59,679 bases of DNA from Acidobacteriota bacterium (GTDB taxonomy: Bacteria; Acidobacteriota; Vicinamibacteria; Vicinamibacterales; JAFNAJ01). Shown piece by piece: positions 28,256-36,130 of this stretch (the first letter of the stretch is position 1; each line of letters opens with the position of its first letter). The position numbers and the translations under genes are program-made. The notes beneath the pieces were generated by a model that saw nothing but the letters and a program-made list of their open reading frames with translations, made no database searches and was not told the origin of the DNA. Location: positions 1 to 59,679 of the forward strand of contig JAEUQQ010000755.1 in NCBI GenBank assembly GCA_016789685.1. Reading direction: 5' to 3'.

Positions 28256-31200
28256 GCCCGCGATGTTGCCGAGCACGACGCGGAACGTCCACGACGTCGG
28301 GACACTCGACACGTTGCCCGCGACGTCGCTGACGCCGGCGCCGACGACCGCGCGGTACAGGCCCGCGGCGAGCGGCGAGCCCAGGGTGAGCAGGCCGGTG
28401 CGGTTCTGCAGGGCGAAGGCGACGCTCGCGCCCGGCACCGCCACGTCATCGCCGTTGCCGGCGATGCCGTCAAGCCCTGCCGCGTGCAACGTGAAGTTCG
28501 ACGGCGACAGCGACGCCGGCAGGACGGGCTCACTGAAGGCCGCGGAGATCGTCGCGATGCCCAGGTCGACCTCGGTGCCATCGCGTGGCGTCCGTCCGAG
28601 CACGGTCGGCGCCGTCGTGTCGGTCGTGATCTGGATCGTGGTCACGGCGGTCTCGGTGACGTTGCCGCCGGTGTCGATCGCCCGCACGCGCAGCGTGAAC
28701 GATGGCTGCACGGTGTGCAGGGGCGTCATGCGACGCAGTTCGAACGGATACCCGACGTCGACGCGCTCGAGCACGCCGTCGACGTAGAACTCCACCGCCC
28801 GCACCTGCACGTCGTCGTCGGCGAGCGCCGTGACGCGGAAGACCTGTCCTTCCTCGGCGGTGCCCGCGGGCTGGTTCGTGACGAGCGACAGTGCCGGTGC
28901 GGTGGTCCCCGTGTCGGCCGCAAGGTAGTTGACCACCTGGACGCCCGAGGTCCCGTCGGCCACGAGTGCCATGCCGTTCGCAATCGCCGCCGCCCTCGCC
29001 TGCCCCGGGGTCGGGAACGTGACGATGCGCGTGTTCGTGTTCGTGGGCACCGACAGGTCGTAGAGCGCGACGTCCTGCGGTCCGTCGAGCACCGCGCTGC
29101 CATCGACGACGGCGAGCCCGGAGCCCGAGCCGGTGGGCACGATCTGTCGCCAGCCGAACTCGGGGTTGATGCCCGAGCCCGCGCTGTTGGTCGTCACTAT
29201 TGCCGGCGCGAAGGGGTTCGCAAGGCTGAACACGTTGAAGCCCTTCGAGTGCACCGCCCACAACGTGTCGGTCGACGCGAACAGCCGTGGACGCACTGCC
29301 GCTTCCGGGTTGGGCCTGGGCGATGCCACGGTCTGCGCCAGCACCAGCGACGGCGTGAGCGGGAACGTGTGCACCGCGCCGTCAGACATCACGTAGAGCA
29401 CGTCTCCCGCAATGGCCAGGTCCTGGATCGACTGGGCCACGGCGAGCGAGTCGAGCACCGACCCGCTTGCGACGTCGACCGAGACGACGCGGCCGTTGGT
29501 CGTGCCGACGTACGCGATGCCCGCGGCCTCGACGACGGCGCGCGCCGCTCCGCCGACGTCGACGAGGTGAACGATCGTCGCTGCGGGCGGATCCGTGACG
29601 TCGACGATCGCGAGCCCGCTGCTCCCGTCGGCGACGAGCGCGCGGGCCTGCGTACACGCAACGGCCAGGGCAGTTCCCGGCGTGTCGACCTGCCCGGCGA
29701 GCGTCGGCACCCCCCGTTCGAGCCGCAGGATCGCCAGCCCGGACGTGCCGTCGGCGACGAGCGCGATCGTGTCGGAGGCGCAGACATCCGTTGCCGTGCC
29801 CGGCGTGTCGATCGAGCGAATCACGCCGGTACGGGCGGGCCGGTTGTCGAGCGGGTCGAGCCCGAGCGCAATCTCGGCTCCGTCGTCCACGCCGTCATCA
29901 TCCGAATCGCGATCGATCGAACTGGTGCCGTAGACCATCTCGGCAACGTCGGGAAGCGTGTCGAGGTCCTGGTCGCTCGCGGTGGCGCTGCCGAGGTAAT
30001 ACCGGGGGAAGCGGACGCGTTCCCCGGCACGAAGTCGTGGGTACGCAACCGCGAACAGCCGCTTCGGCGCGAAGTAGAAGGTCGCCTGGATCACCGTCTG
30101 ATCGGGTGGCACGAACAGGTGGTACTCGCCCTGCGCGCGCGTGACGCCGCGGTCGGTGAAGAACCCGGTGGGCGTGAGGATCTGCGCGGCGTACGGCGTC
30201 GGTTCGCGGGGTTCGAAACCCGGCGGCCGGCCGACGTGCGCCTCGAGTTCGACAATGGCGACCTCGAGGTTCTGGATGTAGGTCTTCAGCCACGCGACGG
30301 CGTCGCCGCCTGCGGCCTGGTCGGCGCTGGCCGCCAGCGCGTTCAACTCGTTGCGCTCGACCTGCGGGATCGCGGTGGCACGCGCGACCGCATACGGATA
30401 GAGCCTCTGCGCGAGTTCGCGTCCTGATGCGATCAGGCTGTCGGCCGTCGCGTTGGCCGGGGGACCGGTGACGATGCCCCCGGTCGCCGCACCGTCGCGG
30501 CACTGCCGGTTCTGCGTCTCGACGAGCAGGCCAACCGCCTGCTCGGCATACGCGCTGGCCAGCACGATATCGGCGATCGCCGAGGGATTCGCGGTGAACT
30601 CGAACGCCACCAGCGCCGCCCGCGCGGCGTTCGCCGCGTAGATGCGGCCTTCATAGGCGGCGAGTGACACGCACGAGTCGAGCGGCGTGCCGAGCGGCAT
30701 GGTGACACGGACGTCTGCACCCGTCACCGGTGTGTCGGTCGTGGCCAACTCCACCAGGGGACCGCCGCCAGGCTGGTGGAGCGACTGTTCGTACTGGGCC
30801 ATCGCGCCGTTGAGCCAGTTCTGGAACGCCTGCTGCGCGGTTCCCAGGGGGTTCGTCAGCCAGTCCCACCAGTTGTTGGGGTTGGGGGGCGGTTTCGGGC
30901 ACGCGTCCAGGCTCCCGCCTCCGCCGCCTCCGCCGCACCCCGGCGGGTCGGGCCCGGCCGGGGGCGGCGACGGGAAGTGCCACCCGGGCGCGAGCACGCC
31001 GACGCCAGGCAGCGTGCACACGAGCGTGCCCGCGGCGTTCACGCGCATGGGCCCCACGGGATCCCAGCGTCCCGCGTCGTGGTTGAACGACAGGAGTTCC
31101 TGCAGCGTGCCCGGCGCGGCGATGATGCCCGTCACCGGGTCGGGGAGGTTCGGAAAGCACACCGGCACCGGCGTGTCGAAGTTCGTCGCGCCGATCGCCT

Positions 31201-33880
31201 GCACCGAGATCACCAGCCCCGGCCGTGCACCGGGCGGAAGCGGCGCGGGCAGGCGCTGCGGCGGCACCGGGATGATCACCGCCTGCGTCGCATCGTTGCC
31301 CGCATCGTCGGTCGCACTGCCCGGCGCGACCAGGGCGCCCACCAGCGACCACAGCGATGCATCCACCGTCGGGAACATCACCCGCAGCTGCGCGATCCCC
31401 GCCGGCCCGAATCCCACCATCGTCGGCGCGCTGGGCGACAGTGCCGTCACGTCACCCATCGCCATCGGCGGCAGGTACACGTGGAACGGCGTGCCGTCCA
31501 TCGTCAACTGCGTGGACTGCCCCGCGATGCTGTGGAACGGCTTGCCCACGCTCGGGTACATGAACCCGGCCGGCGCGTTGGTCGCCGTCGTGCCGTCGAT
31601 GTGCACGAAGAACTCGGGCGCCGGCATGTCGTGCAGGATGAAGTAGCCGGTGCTGTCGGTCACCGCGTTGGCCTGCGGCAGGCCGTCAACCCGGATCGTC
31701 GCGCCCACGACGGGACGGTTGCCGCCGTTGGGCAGCAGGTTGTACGCGTCGTAGACGTACCCCCAGACGTCGGTCCCGCCGATGCGCGTCATCCCCACCG
31801 TGTCGAAGTCGAGCAGCAGCGTGCCGCCTGGCTGGTTGTCGCCGTCGACGTCGATCGCCTGGCCCGACTTCGCGAACAACGCCGCACCCACGAGCGTGAC
31901 GCGCACGCGCGTCGCCCCAGGCAACGGCTGCTGGTAGAACAACGTGACCTTCCGCCGATCCGACGACACCTCGATCCGCGCCGCCAGGGTTGCGCCAGCG
32001 GCCTGCGCGAACAGCACGCCCGAGTTGACGACCGTCGCCGGCGCCAGGGGCTGCGAGAAGTGGACGATGGTCTCGCGCGTGACGCCGACGTTCACCTCGC
32101 CGCCCACCGGCGACGTCGTCACGGTTGCCGTCTCGATCCCGATCGGGTCGCTGCCGCGCGCGATCTCCTCGCCATCGCTCACGCCGTCGTTGTCGGTGTC
32201 GGTCGCCTGCGGGCTCGTGCCCGCCGCAGCTTCACTGGCGTCGGTGATGCCGTCGCCGTCGGTGTCGGTCGTGCTGACCACCGGGGTCGCGAGCGCATCG
32301 GAACCGGCCGCCCACGACTCGCCCGCGGTCGAGTCGTAGATCGCGCGCTCGACGACGAGGGCGAGCGCGGGCGTGCCCGTGCTCTCGATCACCGCCCCGA
32401 AGCGGCGCCCCGCCGCTTCCGGGAACTCGGGGCCGACGGCCACGTTGAAGCGGCTCGTCGCGCCCACGGTGAACGTGCGCTCGGCGGTCGTGCCGTCTTC
32501 GAAGAACAGCCGCACGCGCACGGGCCCAGGAGTGGCCGACGTGTTCGCGACGAGGATGTAGGTCTCGGTGGCGGTCGCGCCGCCCAGCGACCCTTCGGCG
32601 AGCACCCAGCGAGGTCCGGTGACGGTCGAGCCCGCCGCGTTGTGCGCCTCGGCCCACGACTGCGCCGTCGGCCCCGGCCACCACAACGATCGCTCGACGA
32701 TGATCGGCACGCCGTTGAGCGACGTCATCGTCGTCGACACCGCCGTGTCGGCCAGGATCGGATCCTCGTAGTCGACCCACACGTTGAAGCGGCTCTGCGG
32801 CGCGACCGTGTACTGACGCGTGATCACCTGTCCCGACGGGAGCAGGTAGCGGGCCTCGACCTGCGCGGCAGTGGTCGTGGGGTTGGCGACGAGCACGAAC
32901 AGGTCGAAGTACGAACCCGTCGCGCCCTCGGCGAGGAACCAGTTCAGCGCCGGCGATCGCACCGCGGCACTCTCGTGGCCCGCGTTGAACAACCGTCCGC
33001 CGGTGCTGAGGTACAACGCTCGCTCGACGATGATCGGGACGCCGTTGGTGACCTGGATCACGGCCGACACGTCAGTGGCCGCGAGCCCGGGGTCTTCGAG
33101 ATCGACCCAGATGTTGAAGCGGCTCGTGGGCGCCACGGTGTAGGTCTTGACGACTGGCGCGAGCGGCGCCGGGCGCAGGTAGGTCACCTGCACGCTGGCG
33201 GCGGTGGTGCCGGGGTTCTGCAGCAGGTAGAAGAGATCGAGTCCCGAGTGCGTGGCGCCTTCGGCGAGGTACCAGGTCGTGGCCGGTGACGCGACGCTGG
33301 TCTCGGCGTGACTCCCGTAGCCGGTCGCGTCCCAGGTCAGGGTGCGGTCCACGACCACCGGGAGGTCGGATTCGACGACCGTCGAGAACTCCGCGACTTC
33401 GAGGCCGGCCAGGTCCTTGGGCAGCACGGTGCGACGCGTGCGGGGGCCGATCGACTCGGTGCGCGTGATGACCGAGCCGTCGGTCTTGAGGAAACGGAGC
33501 AGGACGCGGGCGGTCGCCGCGTCGTCGGCGTTCACGATCGAGATGACCGTGGTGAAGAAGTCGCTCGTGGCGCCCTCGGCGAGGTAGCGGGTCGCGAAGC
33601 CACGTGGATGGCTCGTGCGCGCGAACTCCTCGGCATTCGTGAGGCCGTCGCGGTCGGGGTCGCCCGCGGCGCCATCGGCGCCGGTTCCAACGGCTGGGTT
33701 CAGGCCGTACGTCGTTTCCCAGGCGTCGGGCAGGCCATCGCCGTCGGCATCGGGTCCCTGCGCAGCCACGTCGATCGGGCTGAACGCCAGCAGGGAACAG
33801 GTCAGCAGCAACGACGGCACGTACCGGCGCGTCCACGCAGGCGCGCGCCCGCCGTTCGGAGGGAGCATCCGATCGGGCAT
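26120..33880 (-). CDS. Giant (2586 aa) secreted multi-domain surface/adhesin-like protein
   Basis: GAGGTAGG Shine-Dalgarno sequence 5 nt upstream of the ATG, followed by a signal peptide. Domain order: TSP3-type Ca-binding repeats (DADGDGLPD, DPDRDGLTN, DTDGDGITD, DTDNDGVSD, DSDDDGVDD), four LAEG repeats, Ig-like and carboxypeptidase-regulatory-like segments, LVIVD-type beta-propeller repeats (ALVADGSSGLAIVDVTDP), more Ig-like domains, and six C-terminal PPC-like repeats. Confidence 0.85.
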   Translation of the reverse strand: MPDRMLPPNGGRAPAWTRRYVPSLLLTCSLLAFSPIDVAAQGPDADGDGLPDAWETTYGLNPAVGTGADGAAGDPDRDGLTNAEEFARTSHPRGFATRYLAEGATSDFFTTVISIVNADDAATARVLLRFLKTDGSVITRTESIGPRTRRTVLPKDLAGLEVAEFSTVVESDLPVVVDRTLTWDATGYGSHAETSVASPATTWYLAEGATHSGLDLFYLLQNPGTTAASVQVTYLRPAPLAPVVKTYTVAPTSRFNIWVDLEDPGLAATDVSAVIQVTNGVPIIVERALYLSTGGRLFNAGHESAAVRSPALNWFLAEGATGSYFDLFVLVANPTTTAAQVEARYLLPSGQVITRQYTVAPQSRFNVWVDYEDPILADTAVSTTMTSLNGVPIIVERSLWWPGPTAQSWAEAHNAAGSTVTGPRWVLAEGSLGGATATETYILVANTSATPGPVRVRLFFEDGTTAERTFTVGATSRFNVAVGPEFPEAAGRRFGAVIESTGTPALALVVERAIYDSTAGESWAAGSDALATPVVSTTDTDGDGITDASEAAAGTSPQATDTDNDGVSDGEEIARGSDPIGIETATVTTSPVGGEVNVGVTRETIVHFSQPLAPATVVNSGVLFAQAAGATLAARIEVSSDRRKVTLFYQQPLPGATRVRVTLVGAALFAKSGQAIDVDGDNQPGGTLLLDFDTVGMTRIGGTDVWGYVYDAYNLLPNGGNRPVVGATIRVDGLPQANAVTDSTGYFILHDMPAPEFFVHIDGTTATNAPAGFMYPSVGKPFHSIAGQSTQLTMDGTPFHVYLPPMAMGDVTALSPSAPTMVGFGPAGIAQLRVMFPTVDASLWSLVGALVAPGSATDDAGNDATQAVIIPVPPQRLPAPLPPGARPGLVISVQAIGATNFDTPVPVCFPNLPDPVTGIIAAPGTLQELLSFNHDAGRWDPVGPMRVNAAGTLVCTLPGVGVLAPGWHFPSPPPAGPDPPGCGGGGGGGSLDACPKPPPNPNNWWDWLTNPLGTAQQAFQNWLNGAMAQYEQSLHQPGGGPLVELATTDTPVTGADVRVTMPLGTPLDSCVSLAAYEGRIYAANAARAALVAFEFTANPSAIADIVLASAYAEQAVGLLVETQNRQCRDGAATGGIVTGPPANATADSLIASGRELAQRLYPYAVARATAIPQVERNELNALAASADQAAGGDAVAWLKTYIQNLEVAIVELEAHVGRPPGFEPREPTPYAAQILTPTGFFTDRGVTRAQGEYHLFVPPDQTVIQATFYFAPKRLFAVAYPRLRAGERVRFPRYYLGSATASDQDLDTLPDVAEMVYGTSSIDRDSDDDGVDDGAEIALGLDPLDNRPARTGVIRSIDTPGTATDVCASDTIALVADGTSGLAILRLERGVPTLAGQVDTPGTALAVACTQARALVADGSSGLAIVDVTDPPAATIVHLVDVGGAARAVVEAAGIAYVGTTNGRVVSVDVASGSVLDSLAVAQSIQDLAIAGDVLYVMSDGAVHTFPLTPSLVLAQTVASPRPNPEAAVRPRLFASTDTLWAVHSKGFNVFSLANPFAPAIVTTNSAGSGINPEFGWRQIVPTGSGSGLAVVDGSAVLDGPQDVALYDLSVPTNTNTRIVTFPTPGQARAAAIANGMALVADGTSGVQVVNYLAADTGTTAPALSLVTNQPAGTAEEGQVFRVTALADDDVQVRAVEFYVDGVLERVDVGYPFELRRMTPLHTVQPSFTLRVRAIDTGGNVTETAVTTIQITTDTTAPTVLGRTPRDGTEVDLGIATISAAFSEPVLPASLSPSNFTLHAAGLDGIAGNGDDVAVPGASVAFALQNRTGLLTLGSPLAAGLYRAVVGAGVSDVAGNVSSVPTSWTFRVVLGNIAGGEHFTINGNIATPGAEQTWSFTATAGQRVFFDAQNACGGGFQDLRYDVTDPSGALLISNAGLSACVADQGTKTLPLSGVYKVRVFGVSGATSAYVLKIWHLPTPVPVPITLDQTISSGVPAAGAGNIEWPGMTDVYVFTATAGQRVYFDGDNPCGGGFQDIRWSVKNPDGSDLFVSSGINGCVADTGERVLAQTGTYTVTVFGFNDAYTPGNANYTGYRATVWNANHPAPIAVSLNQTISSGVPAAGAGNLEHPGLVDIYTFTATAGQKVYFDSDNPCGAGFQDLRWGVKNPDGSDLFANAQISGCVLDAGERTLTQTGTYTVTVSGFNGAYTPVNPNYTGYRVTMWNANPPAPIAITLNQTISSGVPAAGAGNLEQPGTTDVYTFTATAGQKVYFDSDNPCGSGFQDLRWTARNPDGSDLFANAQISGCVLDVGERTLAQTGTYTVIVSGFNGAYTPVNPNYTGYKVTLWNANPPAPIAIALNQTISSGVPAAGAGNLEQPGATDIYTFSGTAGQKVYFDSDNPCGSGFQDLRWSVKNPDGSDLFVSAQISGCVVDAGERTLPQTGTYTITVFGFNGAYTPVNPNYTGYTVTAWNVPTPTPIAIAVGDTVSDNVPVDDAGRLETPGASDVYTFSGTASQVVNFDSLNPCGGFPDLRWSVTGPSGEVVFSNLQMSGCVADPGNRTLPATGTYTIRVTGANGAFAAYSFRIQ
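32279..33589 (-). repeat. Four tandem ~105-111-aa protein repeats with a [WY][YFV]LAEG signature (coding, within the giant gene)
   Basis: The repeats begin RYLAEGATSDFF, WYLAEGATHSGLDLF, WFLAEGATGSYFDLF and WVLAEGSLGG. Each is followed by ..N[PAT]... and a SRFN[IV] motif and ends ...VERA/S. Confidence 0.6.
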
Positions 33881-34052
33881 GGTCCTACCTCAGCTATTCG
33901 CGACGTGACCGAGAGACGGGAATCCTAAACCAAAATGCGGAATCCGGGCCACGGCGGGGCCACGGCAGAGGGGGTGGGCCCGCCAGGAGGGCGGCCCGGG
34001 ACGCGGCTCACACAGGCACTTGCGCGCCGGCCTGCCGCGCGCGTCGGGTTCA

Positions 34053-34673
34053 TCAGTCGCCGTGGCCGCGCCGGATCGACTCGAACCTGGGCACCAGGTC
34101 GCTCTGCCCGATCGCCTCTTCGACCATCGACAGCACTCGCCTGATCCGGTCAGCGTTCAGCGTGGCACCGCGAAGCCGCCACAGCGTCGCGGCGTCATCG
34201 ACGTCCTTGGAGCGACCGGCGAGGACCTTGGCGATCACGAGGTCCTCGGGGTCGATCACCGGCACACGCACCGACCCGGCATCGACGAGGTTCGCGCGCT
34301 CGATGAACTCGTCTTCGAGGCCCGAGCCTGCAAGCACGACGTCGAGTGGCATCCCCGTGCGACGGTGGACGAACGGGATGACGCGCGTGCGGCGCACGAA
34401 CTCGGGGTCGTCGATTCGGAGCGAGAAACCCGCATCGCACATCGCTCGGGCAAACCGTTCGGGGTCGTCGGGATCGAGTCGAACGGTGACATCGACATCG
34501 GCGCTCAGCCGCGGCACGCCGTACATGACCACGGCCTGCGCCCCGAAGAGGTACCAGCGCCCCCAGCGGTCGAGCACGACCGACAGGTCAGCGATCAGCG
34601 AGAGGGCGTCTGGCTGGGCTGGCACGGCGGAGTTGGTCGGCAAGGCGCAGGTGGGCCTGAAAGTCGTCGCCAC
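34053..34673 (-). CDS. Minimal Pol-beta-fold nucleotidyltransferase (MNT/DUF6036-like)
   Basis: The sequence contains G-X-DxD-type motifs: LFGAQAVVMYGVPRLSADVDVTV and later PVIDPEDLVIAKVLAGRSKDVDD. The start is uncertain; an in-frame GTG at 34625 would reduce the overlap with the upstream ORF. Confidence 0.6.
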   Translation of the reverse strand: MATTFRPTCALPTNSAVPAQPDALSLIADLSVVLDRWGRWYLFGAQAVVMYGVPRLSADVDVTVRLDPDDPERFARAMCDAGFSLRIDDPEFVRRTRVIPFVHRRTGMPLDVVLAGSGLEDEFIERANLVDAGSVRVPVIDPEDLVIAKVLAGRSKDVDDAATLWRLRGATLNADRIRRVLSMVEEAIGQSDLVPRFESIRRGHGD

Positions 34674-34863
34674 GGTCGGCGTCCGACGGCCATCCGGGAT
34701 CGTTGGCGATCGCCTGCCGGCGCAGTTCCCCCGCGACCCGCAGGCCCTCGGCCGCGCCGAGACACGCGATCCGATCTCCCCAGTACTGGTCCTTGGCGTC
34801 GCGCGCCACGCTCCACTCGCGTGAGACGTAGCCGCGGATGTCGCGGGTGATCACGCCCGGCAT
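34588..34863 (-). CDS. Small hypothetical protein, upstream partner of the nucleotidyltransferase
   Basis: 91-aa ORF on the same strand that overlaps the nucleotidyltransferase 5' end. It has no recognisable motif, so coding status is uncertain. Confidence 0.35.
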   Translation of the reverse strand: MPGVITRDIRGYVSREWSVARDAKDQYWGDRIACLGAAEGLRVAGELRRQAIANDPGWPSDADRGDDFQAHLRLADQLRRASPARRPLADR

Positions 34864-34913
34864 TGTAGCGCGGGCAACAGCGGGTCAGGCCTGCTCGACG
34901 CCGTGCGCCGCGC

Positions 34914-36056
34914 CTACTTCGAGACGGGCACGGCCGTGATGCGGTGGTTGTCGAGGTCCGCAATCCACAGCCACCCGGCGTGCACGAGCACGGCGGCGGG
35001 GCGATTGAGGTGGCGGTCGTCGCTCCCGACGTCGCCCGCGACCCCTGCCACGGTCGTGACCGCGCCCGCCGGATCGATCTTCAGCACGCGCTGTGACTTC
35101 ATGTCGGCGACGTACAGCGCGCCATCGGGGCCGCTGGCCACGCCGTGCGGCGTGGCGAGGCCTCCTGCCACCTGGATGTCGCCCAGCGGAGCGCCCGCCG
35201 TCCACGTGCGCAGCCGGTTCGCGCCGGCGTCGGCGATCACCATGCGGCCGTCCGTCATCCACGCGATGTCCATCGGGTACACCATGGTGTCGGGCGCCGC
35301 TCCGGCCACGGTCTCGACGCGGCCGCTCCTCACACGACGAATCGACGCGTTGCCGATGTCGGGCGTGTAGACCGCGCCATCGGCGGCCACGAGCACGGCA
35401 TGCGGCGAGTTGAACGTGGCCGCCGCCACTGGCCCGTCGGTGTTCCCCTTTGTTTCAGGGGTCCCGGCCAGCGTCGTCACGTCGTACTCCCCGGGTGCAT
35501 TGGCCCGCGGCGTCAGCACGCGCAGCGTGTGGCCCTCGGCCTCGGCGACGAGAATGCGGCCGTCGGGCGTCGTCGCGACGCCGTGCGGCGAGAAGATGCG
35601 CGCGGTCGCGGCGGGGCCGTCGGCGTGTCCCTTGCGGTCGGGCGCGCCCGCGAGCGTGCGCACGCGTCCATCCTTCGTAACGACGCGGATGGCGTGGTTG
35701 TAGATGTCCGACACCACGATTGCATCGGGGCCGAACGGCGCCAGGCGGATCGGCTTGTTGAAGCGGGCAGCGCCGCCGACGCCATCGGCGAATCCTGCCG
35801 TCCCGTTGCCCGCGACGACCGTCATCACCACGGCCGACGTGGCATCGCCCTTTGCGGCGGTGGCCGGTGTCGATGCACCGTGCGGGTGCGTGCCCGTCGA
35901 GGGGTGCGGCGAAGGCGCCGGACGCTGCTGCGTCGTGGGATGCGGTTGCGGCGACGGCGCGCCCGCGCTGGTCGGATGGGGCTGGGCGGACGGCGAGGTG
36001 ATCGAGGCCGCGACAACACAGGCGGCGGTGGCGACGCGGAACGGAAGGCGATGCAT
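34914..36056 (-). CDS. Secreted NHL-repeat beta-propeller protein with His/Pro-rich N-terminal linker
   Basis: The internal ATG at 36056 gives the signal peptide MHRLPFRVATAACVVAASITSPSAQ. It is followed by repeated blades of the type FN.P.G[VI]A....G...VAD..NH.IR. Confidence 0.8.
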   Translation of the reverse strand: MHRLPFRVATAACVVAASITSPSAQPHPTSAGAPSPQPHPTTQQRPAPSPHPSTGTHPHGASTPATAAKGDATSAVVMTVVAGNGTAGFADGVGGAARFNKPIRLAPFGPDAIVVSDIYNHAIRVVTKDGRVRTLAGAPDRKGHADGPAATARIFSPHGVATTPDGRILVAEAEGHTLRVLTPRANAPGEYDVTTLAGTPETKGNTDGPVAAATFNSPHAVLVAADGAVYTPDIGNASIRRVRSGRVETVAGAAPDTMVYPMDIAWMTDGRMVIADAGANRLRTWTAGAPLGDIQVAGGLATPHGVASGPDGALYVADMKSQRVLKIDPAGAVTTVAGVAGDVGSDDRHLNRPAAVLVHAGWLWIADLDNHRITAVPVSK

Positions 36057-36130
36057 CACGACGGGGGTTCCTTCAAGTCTGTGGGAACGCGGGGCCGCGT
36101 CGAACGCGGCCCGGGTGAAGCGGGCGTGCG

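Noticed and set aside
26753-33289. Plus-strand ORFs of 1224 aa (26753..30427) and 837 aa (30776..33289), and many shorter ones, overlapping the giant gene.
   Set aside because: They are antisense to a 2586-aa ORF that has a Shine-Dalgarno sequence, a signal peptide and recognisable domains. Their translations are Arg/Gly/Asp/His-rich low-complexity sequence without motifs.
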